A stretch of DNA of 64,000 nucleotides, taken from NCBI GenBank assembly GCA_021613535.1, contig CP075492.1, positions 18,724,001-18,788,000 on the forward strand, written 5' to 3'. This DNA comes from Adineta vaga. Taxonomy: Eukaryota; Animalia; Rotifera. The translations under genes and the position numbers were made by a program. This document shows, one piece after another, positions 24,743 to 37,743 of this stretch (the first letter of the stretch is position 1; each line of letters starts with the position of its first letter). Below the pieces are notes generated by a model, which ran no database searches, was not told the origin of the DNA, and worked only from the letters and a program-made list of their open reading frames with translations.

Positions 24743-24810
24743 CTTGAGGGTGGGTGTGGGTAACATATTAATATATGTGTCTCGCTCACACCCTCACCCA
24801 CACCAACCCT
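24743..24810. repeat. Junction element J12
   Basis: cttgagggtgggtgtgggt-aacatattaatatatgtgtctcg-ctcacaccctcacccacaccaaccct. Confidence 0.9.
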
Positions 24811-25036
24811 GTCTTGTGCTCACCTCTGATCACTATCATAATGTAGAAGTAGGTCTCACGATAGCAACTACTTACTATGAAGAACAACCAGAAATCAAAA
24901 CACTAAACAGTGGTAAAGAAGATAAATAATAAGACAATTATCAGAGACTGTTTAATCACGAAGCATCATTCAGAAAAAGCTATATTATCAATCCAGATAT
25001 AAATTCAATGTGACACAGAAGTCTCAGTTCAATTAG

Positions 25037-25078
25037 TGAGGGTGCATATTGAATCTCATCCACTCTCACCCTCATGAT
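25037..25078. repeat. Junction element J13
   Basis: tgagggtg-catattgaatctcatccactct-caccctcatgat. Confidence 0.75.
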
Positions 25079-25897
25079 ACTTTGTTTCACACATCAAAAC
25101 ACATCAAGCTTAAATAGAGCGACTCCTTATTTATATCATAACAGGCAGTTTACGTTTTACATGGGGTTCGTGCATGGAATTCTGTGTGGGCTGATGCTCA
25201 CAATATATTATAATATCCGTGTACAGTTTTGGAAGATCTTAAAAATTACTCAGAATCGGACTTCTCACCTTCAACCAGTACCATACGATAGCAAGGACAA
25301 GAATAACCAATCCATTAAGGATGAATGTCAAGAAATGTAAGGACCCGTGTTTTAGTTTTTCCAAGCAGTCAATTAAATGAAGTATTCAAGATTGGATTCA
25401 AGAAGCTTTAGCTCTGGTTGTTATAAATAACGGTCTTGCGGTCTCCGTCTTTGTTACACATTTCTTTTATTTTATTTTCATTTTTTAATATTTTTTATAT
25501 GCTGGTCACAGTATTTTTCAAGACTGTTTCAGAGTTTGGTATGCTACCCCTCCCTGTGCTTAATATCATGTATATAATCACCGTCTGAATAAAAATACGA
25601 ATACGTCTATGTGCATTGCGCCACACATTTCATACGTGAGTGTCAGACTCGTCTGCCATCTAGTTTTAACGTACAAATTTCTGATTGAAAGATGTACAGA
25701 AATATAAAATACATAAAAAGGAAGAAACGAAAAAAAAAACTGTTTGGTATTATTTTGTATAGAAAGGTTTTTTTTGGTTGATCATTATTATTCTAAAGAA
25801 ATTGACCTTTATTTTTTTTGCGTTCTGTCGATAGAATAATATAATATTGATTTGCGTGTGACAAGCACAACTCTGAAATAAAACATAAAAACATCGA

Positions 25898-26500
25898 ATG
25901 AGAAAAGAAAGAGATTCAGAACCGTTTTTGGTCGACCCATCCGAACAAAGATCTTTCAACAAAAATCAATCTCAATCATGGGTTCATTATTTAGTTGGTA
26001 GTGTTGTATCACCATCGCATATTGGTTTAATAATTCTTTTTATTCTTCTTTTTATTCCAATAACTGTACTTATTATTGGAATAAATTATCATGATCCACG
26101 TTATTGTTCAATTGAACCTCGTATTCCTATATTTTTAATCGTTCATGGAAGTGTTCTATTTGGATGGCTTACTCTTGTTATTATCGTTTCAATAATAATA
26201 ATACAAATGGCTAAAGAAAATTCTTTATTTACTTCACCAATTCTTGTAATTATATTCAGTATATTTATTGTTCTTTCCACGATATTTTTAATCATTTGGA
26301 CAATAGTTGGAAGTGTATGGACATTTAATGTATATCAATGGGTAACTTATTATTATGATACACAAACAAATTTTTATCCGTATAACTATTGTCAACCAGA
26401 ATTATATCGATTTGCATTTACTTATATTATTTTATCTTATATTATCGTATTTTTTCAATGTTGTTATTATTGTTTTAATAATAAGTTTATTTTACAATAA
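25898..26500 (+). CDS. 4-TM membrane protein, TMEM272-like (200 aa)
   Basis: C..EPRIPIFLIVHG, GSVWTF, YCQPELYRFAF motifs, four hydrophobic helices. Confidence 0.7.
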   Translation: MRKERDSEPFLVDPSEQRSFNKNQSQSWVHYLVGSVVSPSHIGLIILFILLFIPITVLIIGINYHDPRYCSIEPRIPIFLIVHGSVLFGWLTLVIIVSIIIIQMAKENSLFTSPILVIIFSIFIVLSTIFLIIWTIVGSVWTFNVYQWVTYYYDTQTNFYPYNYCQPELYRFAFTYIILSYIIVFFQCCYYCFNNKFILQ

Positions 26501-26665
26501 ACAATGATGTGCTATTTTTTCAGAACAATATTTTTATCATATATTTTCTGTATATATATTTGTTTGAACCGCTTCTTTTTTTCGAGTTGTAAATAAAAAA
26601 AACATTGATTTAAATCTACTATTTACAATTGAATCCTTGATTATTCAAGTTTGTTTCCTATAAGA

Positions 26666-26722
26666 TGAGGGTCACATTTATACACTAGTCTTACTTTCAT
26701 ATTTTCATTCCTCATCCTCAAG
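26666..26722. repeat. Junction element J14 (degenerate)
   Basis: tgagggt-cacatttatacactagtc...-cctcatcctcaag. Confidence 0.6.
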
Positions 26723-26818
26723 CTGAGCATTGTCAAGTACATCTGAATATTTTCGTTTACTATAACTGTACTTTAATCATGAGCTTTTATACAGCAATGA
26801 AACGTGCAAGAAGATATC

Positions 26819-26877
26819 GGGTGTGGATAATGGTATGGATATGGTTGACTTAAACTACTCGCACCCACACCCTCAAA
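26819..26877. repeat. Junction element J15
   Basis: gggtgtggataatggtatggatatgg-ttgacttaaacta-ctcgcacccacaccctcaaa. Confidence 0.85.
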
Positions 26878-26934
26878 CATTTCTTTCACCATCGACGACA
26901 TAAACTGAATACAATAACATTACAATACATTTAA

Positions 26935-27180
26935 CCCTTTCGGGACCGGCGACGCTTTAAAGCGTCATTGAAATTGTATATGATCTGGCGCAAGTGAATT
27001 CGAATTTTTCCCGAATCTTTTCGAAGTAGGTGAGATAAAGATGCGGATCATAACACAAACATGTAAAATAAAGCAACCGTAACATTTCCTTCGAAGATAC
27101 CCACGACAGATTCGAATTCACTTGCGCCAGATCATACAAAATTTTAATGACGCTTTAAAGCGTCATCGGTCCCGAAAGGG
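26935..27180. mobile_element. piggyBac-type MITE with ~70 bp TIRs
   Basis: ttaa|ccctttcgggacc...ggtcccgaaaggg|ttaa; long near-perfect inverted repeats. Confidence 0.9.
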
Positions 27181-27204
27181 TTAATAATTTCATTATGATA
27201 TTTA

Positions 27205-28167
27205 TTATGAAGGCATTACTCTTGGACGTCTTCGTCTAAACCAACGTCGAGGATCAATAAAATTTTGAATTTTTTCTTGTAATTTAGGCACAACATGAAG
27301 ACAAACGAATGGAAACAACATAATAACATGATTAGTAAAATAATTTATCAATCTATGTGCAACAGCATTTATAATCCATCCACGTTGACGAGCTGCATTA
27401 AAAAAATGTAATGGAAAATTAATTGAAAGAAATAAAAATGATATTGATAAAATTTGAATAGCCATCTTTCGATGTTTCTTCCATTGAATAGGTTGATGAA
27501 CACGAATTTTTTGAAGTATAACACGTACAAAGAGAATCACATTAAGAAATGCAATTAAACCAATTGAAAGAAAACCATGAACAACTGACTCATATGTTGG
27601 AATAATTGTATTACGACGATAACAACCAGTACCACATACACTTGATGTATAATCCCAAAAATTTTCACATGGATATAAAAAAATCATTGTTGCATAAAAA
27701 ATGCATAAATATGAAAGTACTATAATCATTGGAATGTAATGAATGAAAAGTATTTTTCGACGTGTACGAACTAATGATGAATGAAACGCTAAAATATGAC
27801 GTTCAAATGATGCCCATGCTAAAAAGACATGAATTGATCCGTATACACCAGTATCTACAAATCGCCAAATAAGACAATATATTGGATTTGCTGGCCAAAC
27901 TGTTCTATTGTGTCGATTGAAACTAACAGTTGCTGAAACACAAACTAATACATAAATAAGACCTAAGAATAATAGAATGATAATTGCATGATTATGAATT
28001 GATTGACGAAGATTACGAATAAACAATAAATGACCAAGAATAAATAAAGAACATAGAACAGAAGGAATTTCAAATGAAAATGTTAACCAAAAACTTGTAT
28101 CAGCATCAATTGGTAGAGGAACTGAAGTAGGAACAGTTGTTAATATTGAGTTATTTATTACAGACAT
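27205..28167 (-). CDS. Rhodopsin-like 7TM GPCR (320 aa)
   Basis: Seven hydrophobic helices, WASFERHIL motif; intronless. Confidence 0.85.
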   Translation of the reverse strand: MSVINNSILTTVPTSVPLPIDADTSFWLTFSFEIPSVLCSLFILGHLLFIRNLRQSIHNHAIIILLFLGLIYVLVCVSATVSFNRHNRTVWPANPIYCLIWRFVDTGVYGSIHVFLAWASFERHILAFHSSLVRTRRKILFIHYIPMIIVLSYLCIFYATMIFLYPCENFWDYTSSVCGTGCYRRNTIIPTYESVVHGFLSIGLIAFLNVILFVRVILQKIRVHQPIQWKKHRKMAIQILSISFLFLSINFPLHFFNAARQRGWIINAVAHRLINYFTNHVIMLFPFVCLHVVPKLQEKIQNFIDPRRWFRRRRPRVMPS

Positions 28168-28819
28168 ATTTAATCTTCTTTTTTTTTGTAAGTAAATGAA
28201 TATTTCAGAAGAAACTCATTAGACATGCGATCATTGTCAATTCAGCGTTTCTCTCTTTTTATTTCAATTAGTAATACGCATTTATTTTAACAATGACCTA
28301 AGAACACAATTATTTATCATAATTAATAGCGCATAATAAATAGTTTCAAATTTAGATATAAACATGTTCGACGTCATTCAGTTTTTAAAGTGCATCTTTT
28401 TTTCTTTTGTAAAACTGCCATAAATAGAACTATACTTATACTTCAAAGAATTTTCTCATCAGTTTTTGTAAAGAGATAATGTTCATTTTTACATTCACTA
28501 TGACATATTACGATCATGTTTCATATCTTCATCTGATAAAGAAATAAAAAAATCAATCTTTTTCTGAATATATTTTTTGCTTTAACTATCTACTTCGAAT
28601 AGTGAGTGCGTTTATTTAGCGTACATCAACACATTTCATGGTTGTTTGTAACGAAAAAAAACGATGAAACGTGGAGTTTTTCTCTTAAGAACAGAACGCA
28701 AAGAACAAATATATTAAATTTTGTCGCCTATGTTATTGAGAAAAGGTGGCCTTCACAATTATACGCACGATAGTAGTGGTATACAAGCGTTTGAAACATT
28801 ATTCTTTTGCGATTAAACT

Positions 28820-29383
28820 ATGGAAAAACTTTACAAATTTTTGAAACCGATGGCTAATATCTATACTATTCTATTCATGTGGTCTCTATCAATTGTTAAT
28901 TTTTATTTTCTTGTAAAACCACTGAATGATTATGCCATTTCAGCCTCCTTAGATACAATACCGATAGTTCTCGATACTATGAATTACTACACTTCTGAAG
29001 AAGGATATCAAGTTCTATCGAATCTCGGCGAAGATGGACGTAATGCGTATCGCTTAGTCAATTATGTAGATTTTATTTTCCCATTTTTGATTTGTTTATC
29101 ATTGACTTTATCAAATATTGCTTTAAAACAACGATATTATCATATAATTGCTCCATTCGTGTTTATGATCTTTGATTATTTGGAAAATATTGCAGAAAAA
29201 TATGTTTTGGAAATTTTTCCAGGACGAAATGATTTCATTATGAACTTAGCTTGCTACTTTGGATTGATGAAGATGTTGGCCATGAGTATCGCATGGATCA
29301 ATTTACTATGGAACATTTTACAATATTTTTGTAAACGGCAACAACGATCATCGGAAAAACACATAGAACAGAAAAGTCAATAG
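28820..29383 (+). CDS. Multi-pass membrane protein of unknown function (187 aa)
   Basis: LD...YY....LGEDGRNAY...DFIFP and FDYLEN motifs with hydrophobic helices. Confidence 0.7.
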   Translation: MEKLYKFLKPMANIYTILFMWSLSIVNFYFLVKPLNDYAISASLDTIPIVLDTMNYYTSEEGYQVLSNLGEDGRNAYRLVNYVDFIFPFLICLSLTLSNIALKQRYYHIIAPFVFMIFDYLENIAEKYVLEIFPGRNDFIMNLACYFGLMKMLAMSIAWINLLWNILQYFCKRQQRSSEKHIEQKSQ

Positions 29384-29446
29384 ATTTTTTCTTCCAACAT
29401 TCGTTTGTATTGCTTTTTTATAAGAAATCAGAGATTTTTCAGTATG

Positions 29447-29485
29447 ATCAGGGTGTGGGTATGCTGTATTCACCCACACCCTCAA
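29447..29485. repeat. Junction element J16
   Basis: agggtgtgggt-atgctgtattc-acccacaccct(caaa); perfect 11-bp arms. Confidence 0.9.
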
Positions 29486-30190
29486 ATAGTTACGGATATT
29501 TCAGTATCAAAATAGTATGAAAGATAAATAAATTCTAACCACGTATCTTAGTTTCTTGATATAATTTGTTAAAAATAAGAAACGATGCACAAAAGATGAA
29601 CTTCATTTCATATAACTTATTTTTGTTCGTATTTACTATGCTTCTAAGAAAACTTATTTTCATCTTTTCTACTGATGCATTGAGAAAAAAGTTATATTAA
29701 TCTGCGCCTTTTTTTTCCTGTCAACACATTGGGTTAATCCTATGGAATCTCATCGTTCTACTAGTAGATTATATAAAAAGAAAAGCCAGAATTCATTTCT
29801 GTTTTTTTATGGTAGAATTTACGACCTATGAGAAAAAAAGAAGTTTTTATCTTGCGAATGTCCGATAATTAATATACTTAAGTTGCGTTAATACGAAGAT
29901 GTAATTTTCTATCTTTTTTATTTTTACATTAAAAACTTGTCTGCTATTCGATAACTTTTGTATTATAGTTTAATTTTCGCCCTTAATGATCAATAGTGGC
30001 GTTTTCTCATTTTCTTCGTTAATATTTATATAGGCATACAAACATCCTTTAAGAAAAAATGCCATCAAATTTAAAGTGCATCAATTATTTAGATTAAAAG
30101 TACTTTAATCTGTGTCGTCTGATTAACGGCAAATTAGATAATCATCTTTTTTTCATCTCTCTATTCCAGTGTAAAATCTACAAGAACAGA

Positions 30191-31195
30191 ATGAATGCTA
30201 CAGAAGAGCCAATGCTAACCGACGAAAGTGATGCTGATTCGATAGCAGATATGCTATTTGCTAATAATATTCAATATATTATCCTTCAATCATTTCAACT
30301 TATTGCTATTCCTTGCTATTTATTTCTTTTTTATCATTTCTGGAAAACACCAACAATCCGAAGAGCTATCGATATGCATGTGTTTATATTGATTCTTATA
30401 CTAAATTTTACTACATTAATTGGTGATCTTTCCGCTTTTCTTAATTATTTACGCACTAACTCAGTTTGGCCGCGTACTCGTTCATTCTGTTTATATTGGA
30501 TGTGGATAGATAATTTCTGCTATACTTTGGGCATGTGGTTAATGACTTGGGCATCGATTGAACGTCATATTTTGATATTCCATCGAAAGTTATTAAACAC
30601 TTTCAAACAACGTCTAATAGTGCATTACACTCCTCTAACACTTTGTATTGCCTATTGTTGCGTTTATTCTTCCTATCTGGTCTTTGGATATCCATGTGAA
30701 AATGTGTTCGACTATACATCGGTTCTCTGTGGCTCTACGTGTGCATACAATGATTTTTATCTCGCACAATACGATACAATTGCCAATTCGATAGTAACAA
30801 CTATTCTCATTGTTTTATGTAGTCTTTCTCTGTTATTTCGTGTTCTGTGGAAGAAACGTCATTCTCGTCAAGGATTACAGTGGACTAAAATTCGAAAAAT
30901 GACTATACAGCTCTTGTCTATATCATGTCTCTATATGATAACCACAATTCCAATTAATTCAGAATATTTAACTGGTTATCCATCGGCGGACAGTGTTGCT
31001 TATACCTATCTTTCCAATATGATGTATTTACTCTATTGCTTGATACCATTTGTTTGTTTGACTACTTTGCCAGAACTTCGAAAAAAATTGCTCATATGCC
31101 GTTTGCATCGGCGCAATCGTGCTGTTGCACCTGTTTTTCTTTTCCAAAGAGCATCCAATACGATACGTACGAGAAATCCATTGGATAAACAATAA
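30191..31195 (+). CDS. Rhodopsin-like 7TM GPCR (334 aa), paralog of 27205-28167
   Basis: WASIERHILIFH, YPCENVFDYTSVLCG, RKMTIQLLSIS shared with the paralog. Confidence 0.85.
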   Translation: MNATEEPMLTDESDADSIADMLFANNIQYIILQSFQLIAIPCYLFLFYHFWKTPTIRRAIDMHVFILILILNFTTLIGDLSAFLNYLRTNSVWPRTRSFCLYWMWIDNFCYTLGMWLMTWASIERHILIFHRKLLNTFKQRLIVHYTPLTLCIAYCCVYSSYLVFGYPCENVFDYTSVLCGSTCAYNDFYLAQYDTIANSIVTTILIVLCSLSLLFRVLWKKRHSRQGLQWTKIRKMTIQLLSISCLYMITTIPINSEYLTGYPSADSVAYTYLSNMMYLLYCLIPFVCLTTLPELRKKLLICRLHRRNRAVAPVFLFQRASNTIRTRNPLDKQ

Positions 31196-31620
31196 CTAAC
31201 ACAGTGTAATACCAAGCTACGATTAGTATAGTCGTATCCGTTTTGTTTACTGTCATATTCATTATTCAGAGTCAAGTATTTTATTATCTACACCGTTAGA
31301 AGCATGTTCTTTGAATTCAGTCTTTAAATTCTCATGTGAGCCTATTGTTATCCAAAGTACACTGTAAAAAAAGGTTTTATACCAAATCTTTCAGGTTTCG
31401 AACTGTTCGACGGATCCATTTTAAGTTTCGCGGCAACAAAATGGTTTCGTAGTTCTCATACCAACCCTTTTCAAGTTCCAAAAACTGGCAAGAGTTTCGA
31501 AGTCTCACTACGAAACTATGTGGATGTTCTGCCCATCTTGTACCGAATTTTGTTGGTTGTGCATTTTTAGTACGGAACTATGTATAGTTCGGTAAAAATA
31601 TGCTGAACCATTAGAACGCT

Positions 31621-31672
31621 TTTGAAGGGTGTGGATGTGAGTATGTTTTATACACAGACACCCACACCCATC
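31621..31672. repeat. Junction element J17
   Basis: tttgaagggtgtggatgtgagt-atgttttatacacag-acacccacacccatc. Confidence 0.85.
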
Positions 31673-32511
31673 TCTCGTTTGCGCACTTCTGACCAACGAG
31701 GTTGAGGTGTGTATACATCACGATGAAAGATTAGAATATGTTCCATACTTCTAACGTTGCATTCCTGATCGTTGTCACATGATCGATCGCCAAGTTTCAT
31801 TGTTCGATTATTTCCAAGAAGATGATGAGGAATGTAGCGTTTGTGTTTTTTTGAAAGTGGTTCAGGATTCTTCTTTTCCAATTCGTACGACGGTAAATAA
31901 TGCCACCATATTCGATAATGAAGCATTTGAATTAGAATTGCCAAAAGTAAGAATATCCATGATGCTCCACACAATCCTGCTAAGGACTTTCCAGCAGAAC
32001 CAATTTTTGCAACTAGATAAATAATAAATGCTGTAAATCGACAAACCAAGTAAAGTAACAGAAGAATCATTCGAATAACAAAACGATGTTTTGGTCGAGT
32101 AATATAACATGAACAATTACAATTCAATTAAACGAATCGTTGCAATGAAGGGCTATGACACATGTGCCCTACGCATTCCAGTGCCTCATCTTGCTCATTT
32201 TTGTCTTTTTTAGAATCATAACAAACTGTCACACATAGAATATAAGCGCATGCTGCCGAAAGAAAGAAAAGCATCATTAATGCAATACCTGATCCAATCA
32301 TATCAATTGTATATCCAATTACCGCTACATTATTTTGTTTAGCATACTTTTGCTTGCCATGTCCATCTTCGTATGAGGAATAGAAAATAATTATTCGAAT
32401 GAATGCGAATATACTATCCAAGATAACCACTGCCATATTGTAGGAATGTAAACGTCGATAAGAACTAACATCACGATGTTTGACAGAAGATAGGATCGAT
32501 CTGAACCACAT
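31673..32511 (-). pseudogene. Multi-TM protein gene with in-frame stop (32128-32130); frame runs into J17
   Basis: Two abutting in-frame ORFs; C-terminus PQPRWSEVRKRE continues as MGVGVCV, which is the translated repeat arm. Confidence 0.7.
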
Positions 32512-33149
32512 TGTCGGACAAATTTAACGACTACTAATCTCAAAGCAAATAAAACACTGAATACCGTATTTCAGTTGCTTATATATATCACAGAGATCAA
32601 CACCCAAACCGCAGATAACGGCTTCATCTTAACTTTTTTTTCTTTCTTACAGAACTTTGTAACGATATCAACTTCATATTGGTGTACAGTGTTTTAAGAC
32701 TAAACTGACAAATTGCGTTGTCATATATCTGTGATTAAAAAGCAAGACTTTTTCACGTAATGCAATTCTTATGTATCGTAGATCGATTAGTTCAATTTAA
32801 TTTTACTATGACATTTTTGAAAAAAAAAAGACATTGTGTTCACTTTGATCTTGTACTACGTATAAAAGATAATATTATGTTGTGATAGACGGACATGCTG
32901 TTATTTGCATAAGAGAGATACATGAAATACTTTTCAGCGAAATTTAATGCAATATTTTGGTGGACAATAGTTAAGTGTTCTCTTGCCTCACCACAAAATA
33001 TTTTATGATATAGCAAAAAAAGGGTTTTTCTCTTATCATAGGGCCTCTTGGATTCTATTTCACCAAGGAGGAACATCCACATAGTAATTAATCATTGTTT
33101 TGTAGAAAAAAATCTACGGATCTTCTTTGAAACTGACAACAATCTGCCG

Positions 33150-34163
33150 ATGGGAGCAAATAACAGTCGTAAACTGGAAGAATTCTATTCAACTTGTTCT
33201 AATAATCAAATCAGTGAAGTAAAAGAATACGTAAGTCTATTATCAATAAATGAATTAAATAAACAGCACTAAAATGGGAATACGGCTTTGCACGTTGCTT
33301 GTCTTAATGACTACGACGAAATTGTTGAAATGTTACCTAGAAAGGGAGCTTCAAGTACAGTTCTCAATAACGATAGACAAACAGCTGTTGATCTTGCGAA
33401 AACATCTGAAATTAAAGCACTTTTCAAGAAATCTGTAGTAACTAGACAAGGAATGCGTTTTGGTACACTATCAGGACAAATAGAATGGAATTTTTCCAGT
33501 GATCATGCTAAATGGTATTGCCAATATAGCAAAGCGAGTTTTGCAAGCCATGAAATAACACTTGATCAAATTGTCTCTCGGCTTTTAACCGATAAAGAAG
33601 TACGAACATTTAAACAAATGGACCAAGTGATAAATATACTCAAAGAATGTCAGGCTAAGCAAGATCCCAATTATTTACTGAAAGCCTATACATGTGATTC
33701 AGGCTTTTTCAGAGAACTTAATCAAACTATGGCTAGAGAAGATGGAGTTGTTGAAAAAGAAGACGTACTCAAACGATGGGCTTTTGTATATACTGCATCA
33801 ATTTTAAATCGTCCAGATTTGAAAATATGTCAATACAAAGGCGTTACTTATCGTGGCATGTGGGTCACACAGAAAGACTTAGAATCCTATAAAGTTGGTG
33901 CAAAAATGTATAATAAAAGTTTCTTGTCGACATCAATAATTATGGAAGTCGCCGAAGATTTTCTATATAATAATATGGATTTAATTAAAATTCCTGTAAT
34001 ATGTACATATCATATCAGTACACCAAAAATTGCATTAGACATTTCGAAATGCTCTGTATTTGAAAAGGAACAAGAAGTTGTGATCTTGCCTTATACACCT
34101 TTGAGAATCAAAAAACGTAGCAAAGATGGCGACAGAGAACTAATTACTATTGAAACTCTTTGA
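33150..34163 (+). pseudogene. Ankyrin + R-S-E ADP-ribosyltransferase, in-frame TAA at 33270-33272
   Basis: MGANNS start, QH*NGNTALHVAC ankyrin, TYRG, SFLSTS, EKEQEV. Confidence 0.8.
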
Positions 34164-34235
34164 TATTTTTCTTCTGAAAAATTTTCTATATTTAAATATT
34201 TATCTTGATTCTTTTTAATAAAATGCGCCAATTAA

Positions 34236-34322
34236 TGGATGGGTGTAGGGGTGTGGATGTGGGTGAGCGTATAGCTGAAGATACAATAAGAGTCACCCCA
34301 CACACACCCACACTCTCAAGAT
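34236..34322. repeat. Junction element J18
   Basis: gggtgtaggggtgtggatgtgggtga-gcgtatagctgaagatacaataagag-tcaccccacacacacccacactctcaagat. Confidence 0.9.
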
Positions 34323-34452
34323 AGATTCTTTTTTAGAGCTTTTATTGAAAGATATTATTTTATATGCATAACAATCAATAGATATGCACAACAAGCATTA
34401 TTTTTAGCATCATTATCAAATCAAGTGTTCATTTTATTCTGGATTCATCTTC

Positions 34453-35497
34453 TCAAATAATTTTTGATTCTAAACCGTAGAAAACTGAGTCGAGTGTAGT
34501 CATCCATCCACGCAATAACTTGACAAGGATCACCGAATGTACGTTGTGAACGAATGTAGGTGATCGGAAATCTTTTCCAAGATTAGTAAAATTTGTATGA
34601 CCCGCTTGATCTACTGAAGACCACTTGCATGAGTAAGTATCCAAAATATGGCGCATGTTGCATATAATTTCTTCCAAATTAACTCGAATATAACTAAAGT
34701 TTTTGTCAACTTTGATTTTAAAAATATCATTGTACTCAAGCACCGAATTGATTGAATTGTACAGATACGACATAGCAAAGTGCATTTCGGTAAGCAAATT
34801 GATAAACATATTCTAAAAAGTAGAAAAACGTAATTGCTTTCTCTTCTTGACATATCGCCAGTTTAAGATTGGAAATATTTTCTATGTCACAGCCTAGTGA
34901 AACATGATGTCTGTTCTTCATATTCTATCTCTCAAAATCATAACTATTGATGCAGTCATATCGCGGTACGGGTATTTGAGTATTTACTATCAGATCTTGT
35001 GTTATTACTAAAGCAGTGATAAAGGATAGTAGAAATAAACTAAAATATAGTAATGAAAGGTCTGTAGATCTTTGGGATATAATTAATGACGTAAAAAACC
35101 GTTGTGAACCTTATCGATATTGTTGAGATGAAAAAATTGTGAACTTTGCTGATGCGTTGGAGCACTCTCTTCGACTTGAGCCATTAAAAAATGGACATAT
35201 TGATTTAACATATCAGGAGTACGTTCATGACTAAACTATAAGCATAAAAATAAAAAATATATTTTCTAGACGGAACAGTCTGAAACTCACAATCTCTTTT
35301 TCAATATCCAACGCTGTTCGAATAATCTGTTTCGATCGAAGCTGTATTTTATCCAGCACATCTTTGACACAGAGCACGGTACTAAAGCGTCTACACAGAT
35401 GATCGTTGACAGTTGTTACTTTTGCTGAATCAGTCAGGTTTTTAGCATTGCCATCACCGATCAATAGAAAATGTACGAAGAGAAATAAGATGAGCAT
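34453..35497 (-). CDS. Probable multi-exon secreted protein of unknown function, possibly disrupted
   Basis: Signal peptide MLILFLFVHFLLIG, gtgagt donor after EKEI, downstream ORF pieces. Confidence 0.4.
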
Positions 35498-35783
35498 GTT
35501 TGTTTGTTGAAGATTATAAAATTCGTTTCTTTATAGAATCCTTCCTATTCAAATTTTATCAACGGATCGAATTTCTCAATAAATTACTTTGCGATAATCA
35601 TTGATGCGCTTCGATAAGATTTTCGATAATGAATATTTTGAAACAGATATCTTTGACATTCTTCACAAGTATTGATAAATTTTCATTTATTTTAGTTATC
35701 AAAAATAAGAAATCACTTTGTTTATTCAATAACGACCAACAGTATCGTTTTATTATATACTGATGGGCTCAAATACTTTTCTA

Positions 35784-35836
35784 ATCCTGAGGATGTGGGT
35801 GTTAGATAGATGTAATAATACCCACACCCACACCCA
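35784..35836. repeat. Junction element J19
   Basis: atcctgaggatgtgggt-gttagatagatgtaataat-acccacacccacaccca. Confidence 0.9.
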
Positions 35837-37130
35837 TATTGTTGATTAATTTCATTTTCTTCAATAAAATCAATATTTGATTTTAATACAATTTTGCTTT
35901 CTAAAGAAGTTAAATTCATTAAAGTATCAATGGTATATTTCTCATTCTCCCATCTAGTTGAATTATTTCCATCAGAAATCCTTTTTTATAAATAATCCAA
36001 TTCGTTGTTGAACTTCAACCATGGACATAAGATTATGTTTTACCAGATGAATAACTATAATTTCAGTAAATCTACAAATCGTTGTGAAATCATATGATAA
36101 GAAAGAAGATTTAAAACATGAAATAATTCATCAGTAATTTCTTTGATATAACGAAAATATGATGATATATCATCATCTGGCAAATATTAAACCCATGTTA
36201 ACATATGTACGAATTCGACAGTTAAAGTACCAAAATAAGTATAGAATTTAATCAATTTATTATTTTCTACAAAGTTTCTTTACGCAATAAAACTGATTAT
36301 ATAATTTGTTTAATAGATTTTATTTTTCAAAAGAAATTTTGTTTAAAATATGAAAGAATAGATTACAATTTCTTTTGAAATATAATCTGGCGTATAATCA
36401 AAGAAATTATAATTATTATGTTGTTTATAACATAAATCATTGTAAAGATCATAAATAAATTTTTCAATTAACTTTTCAGAATGTATTTCAAGATGTTTAA
36501 CAACATCATCTTTGTATTTATTATTTATACAAATAATTGTTTCTAAATAATTTCTAAGATCATTATAAATGTATGTATTTTCTTCACCTATTTTTGATTT
36601 AATTAATATAGAATTGAAATCATAACATATTGCTTTTGAGAAATAAGAATTTTCTTTATTAGATAATAATATTAGAATATGTTGATTATTTGATCCTTGA
36701 ATAAATAATTGTAAAGCAGCATATTGTGAAATCTTTCGTAAATTTTCTATTTTATTTTGAAGTTGATTATTTGTATATCGAAACTTAATTCAATCAAATA
36801 CATAACTGAAAAAAGAATAGAATTGTACAATTTTATATTACTTGAATAATGATAAAATCTTGTTGAGTTAAAATGAAGATTGTTCAAAAGATTTGCGTTT
36901 TGTTGAACAAATTCAGATAGATAATATGAAAGATCATTATTGTACAATAAGTATCGTAAGACATTAAAAACAATAATATGTTCATTTTGTATATTTTTTG
37001 TAAGTTTTCACTAATTATTATCGTTAAATGTTGAAAAGGTATTGGTAAAATTTGTTCTATTTTTGGCGAGAGAAATATAATTTGATTAATAATCTCTAAT
37101 TGAATATGATGTGTTTAGTATCATTATAAA
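35837..37130 (-). pseudogene. Very AT-rich degraded coding-like segment between J19 and J20
   Basis: Broken minus-strand ORFs rich in N/I/K/F/Y; last frame runs into J19 (ENEINQQ-YGCGCGY). Confidence 0.35.
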
Positions 37131-37172
37131 TCGAAGGTCTATTCATATGTATAATCATAATCTGCGGAAGAA

Positions 37173-37216
37173 TGTGGGTATGGGTATGTTGTATACACCC
37201 ACATCCATCCTCAAGA
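37173..37216. repeat. Junction element J20 (spacer like J16); further C-rich half arm at 37289-37337
   Basis: tgtgggtatgggt-atgttgtatac-acccacatccatcctcaaga. Confidence 0.85.
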
Positions 37217-37743
37217 CCAATACCTAGGTAATTCACATGAAAGATTAACTCTTCAGGAAGATCTGCTTTTCGATGCCTCTGCTAATCTCTCACCCACACC
37301 CCTACTATTGACATCTACCTCTTTCCACCCACATCCATATGACACATATCTCGCTGATTCATTTGAAACGCCATCTGTACATGATATTTACTAAACTGGT
37401 TTACTTGAAATTCTATAACGGTTATATAAATGCCTATTCACAATGATTATAAATCGTTAGCATTTATCTCAGTTTACTTAAGCATGCCATAAAATAAGAT
37501 GAAGCACATTTTGTTTTGTCATGACTTGCATCCTTTTAACACTGTCACAAGTTGATGAGAAACATTCATGGACAAAGATTGCACATATGTATTGTTTTTT
37601 ACGTCAATAAAATGTAAATAACAAGTCCTTAAGATAAAAAGTACTTTTCTTTCTCTAGATCTCGTATCTCTAATATAAAATACCAAATCAACAGTTGTCT
37701 TTTATTTATCTGCAAGCCTGTAGTCAGTATAGTACTGATTAAA

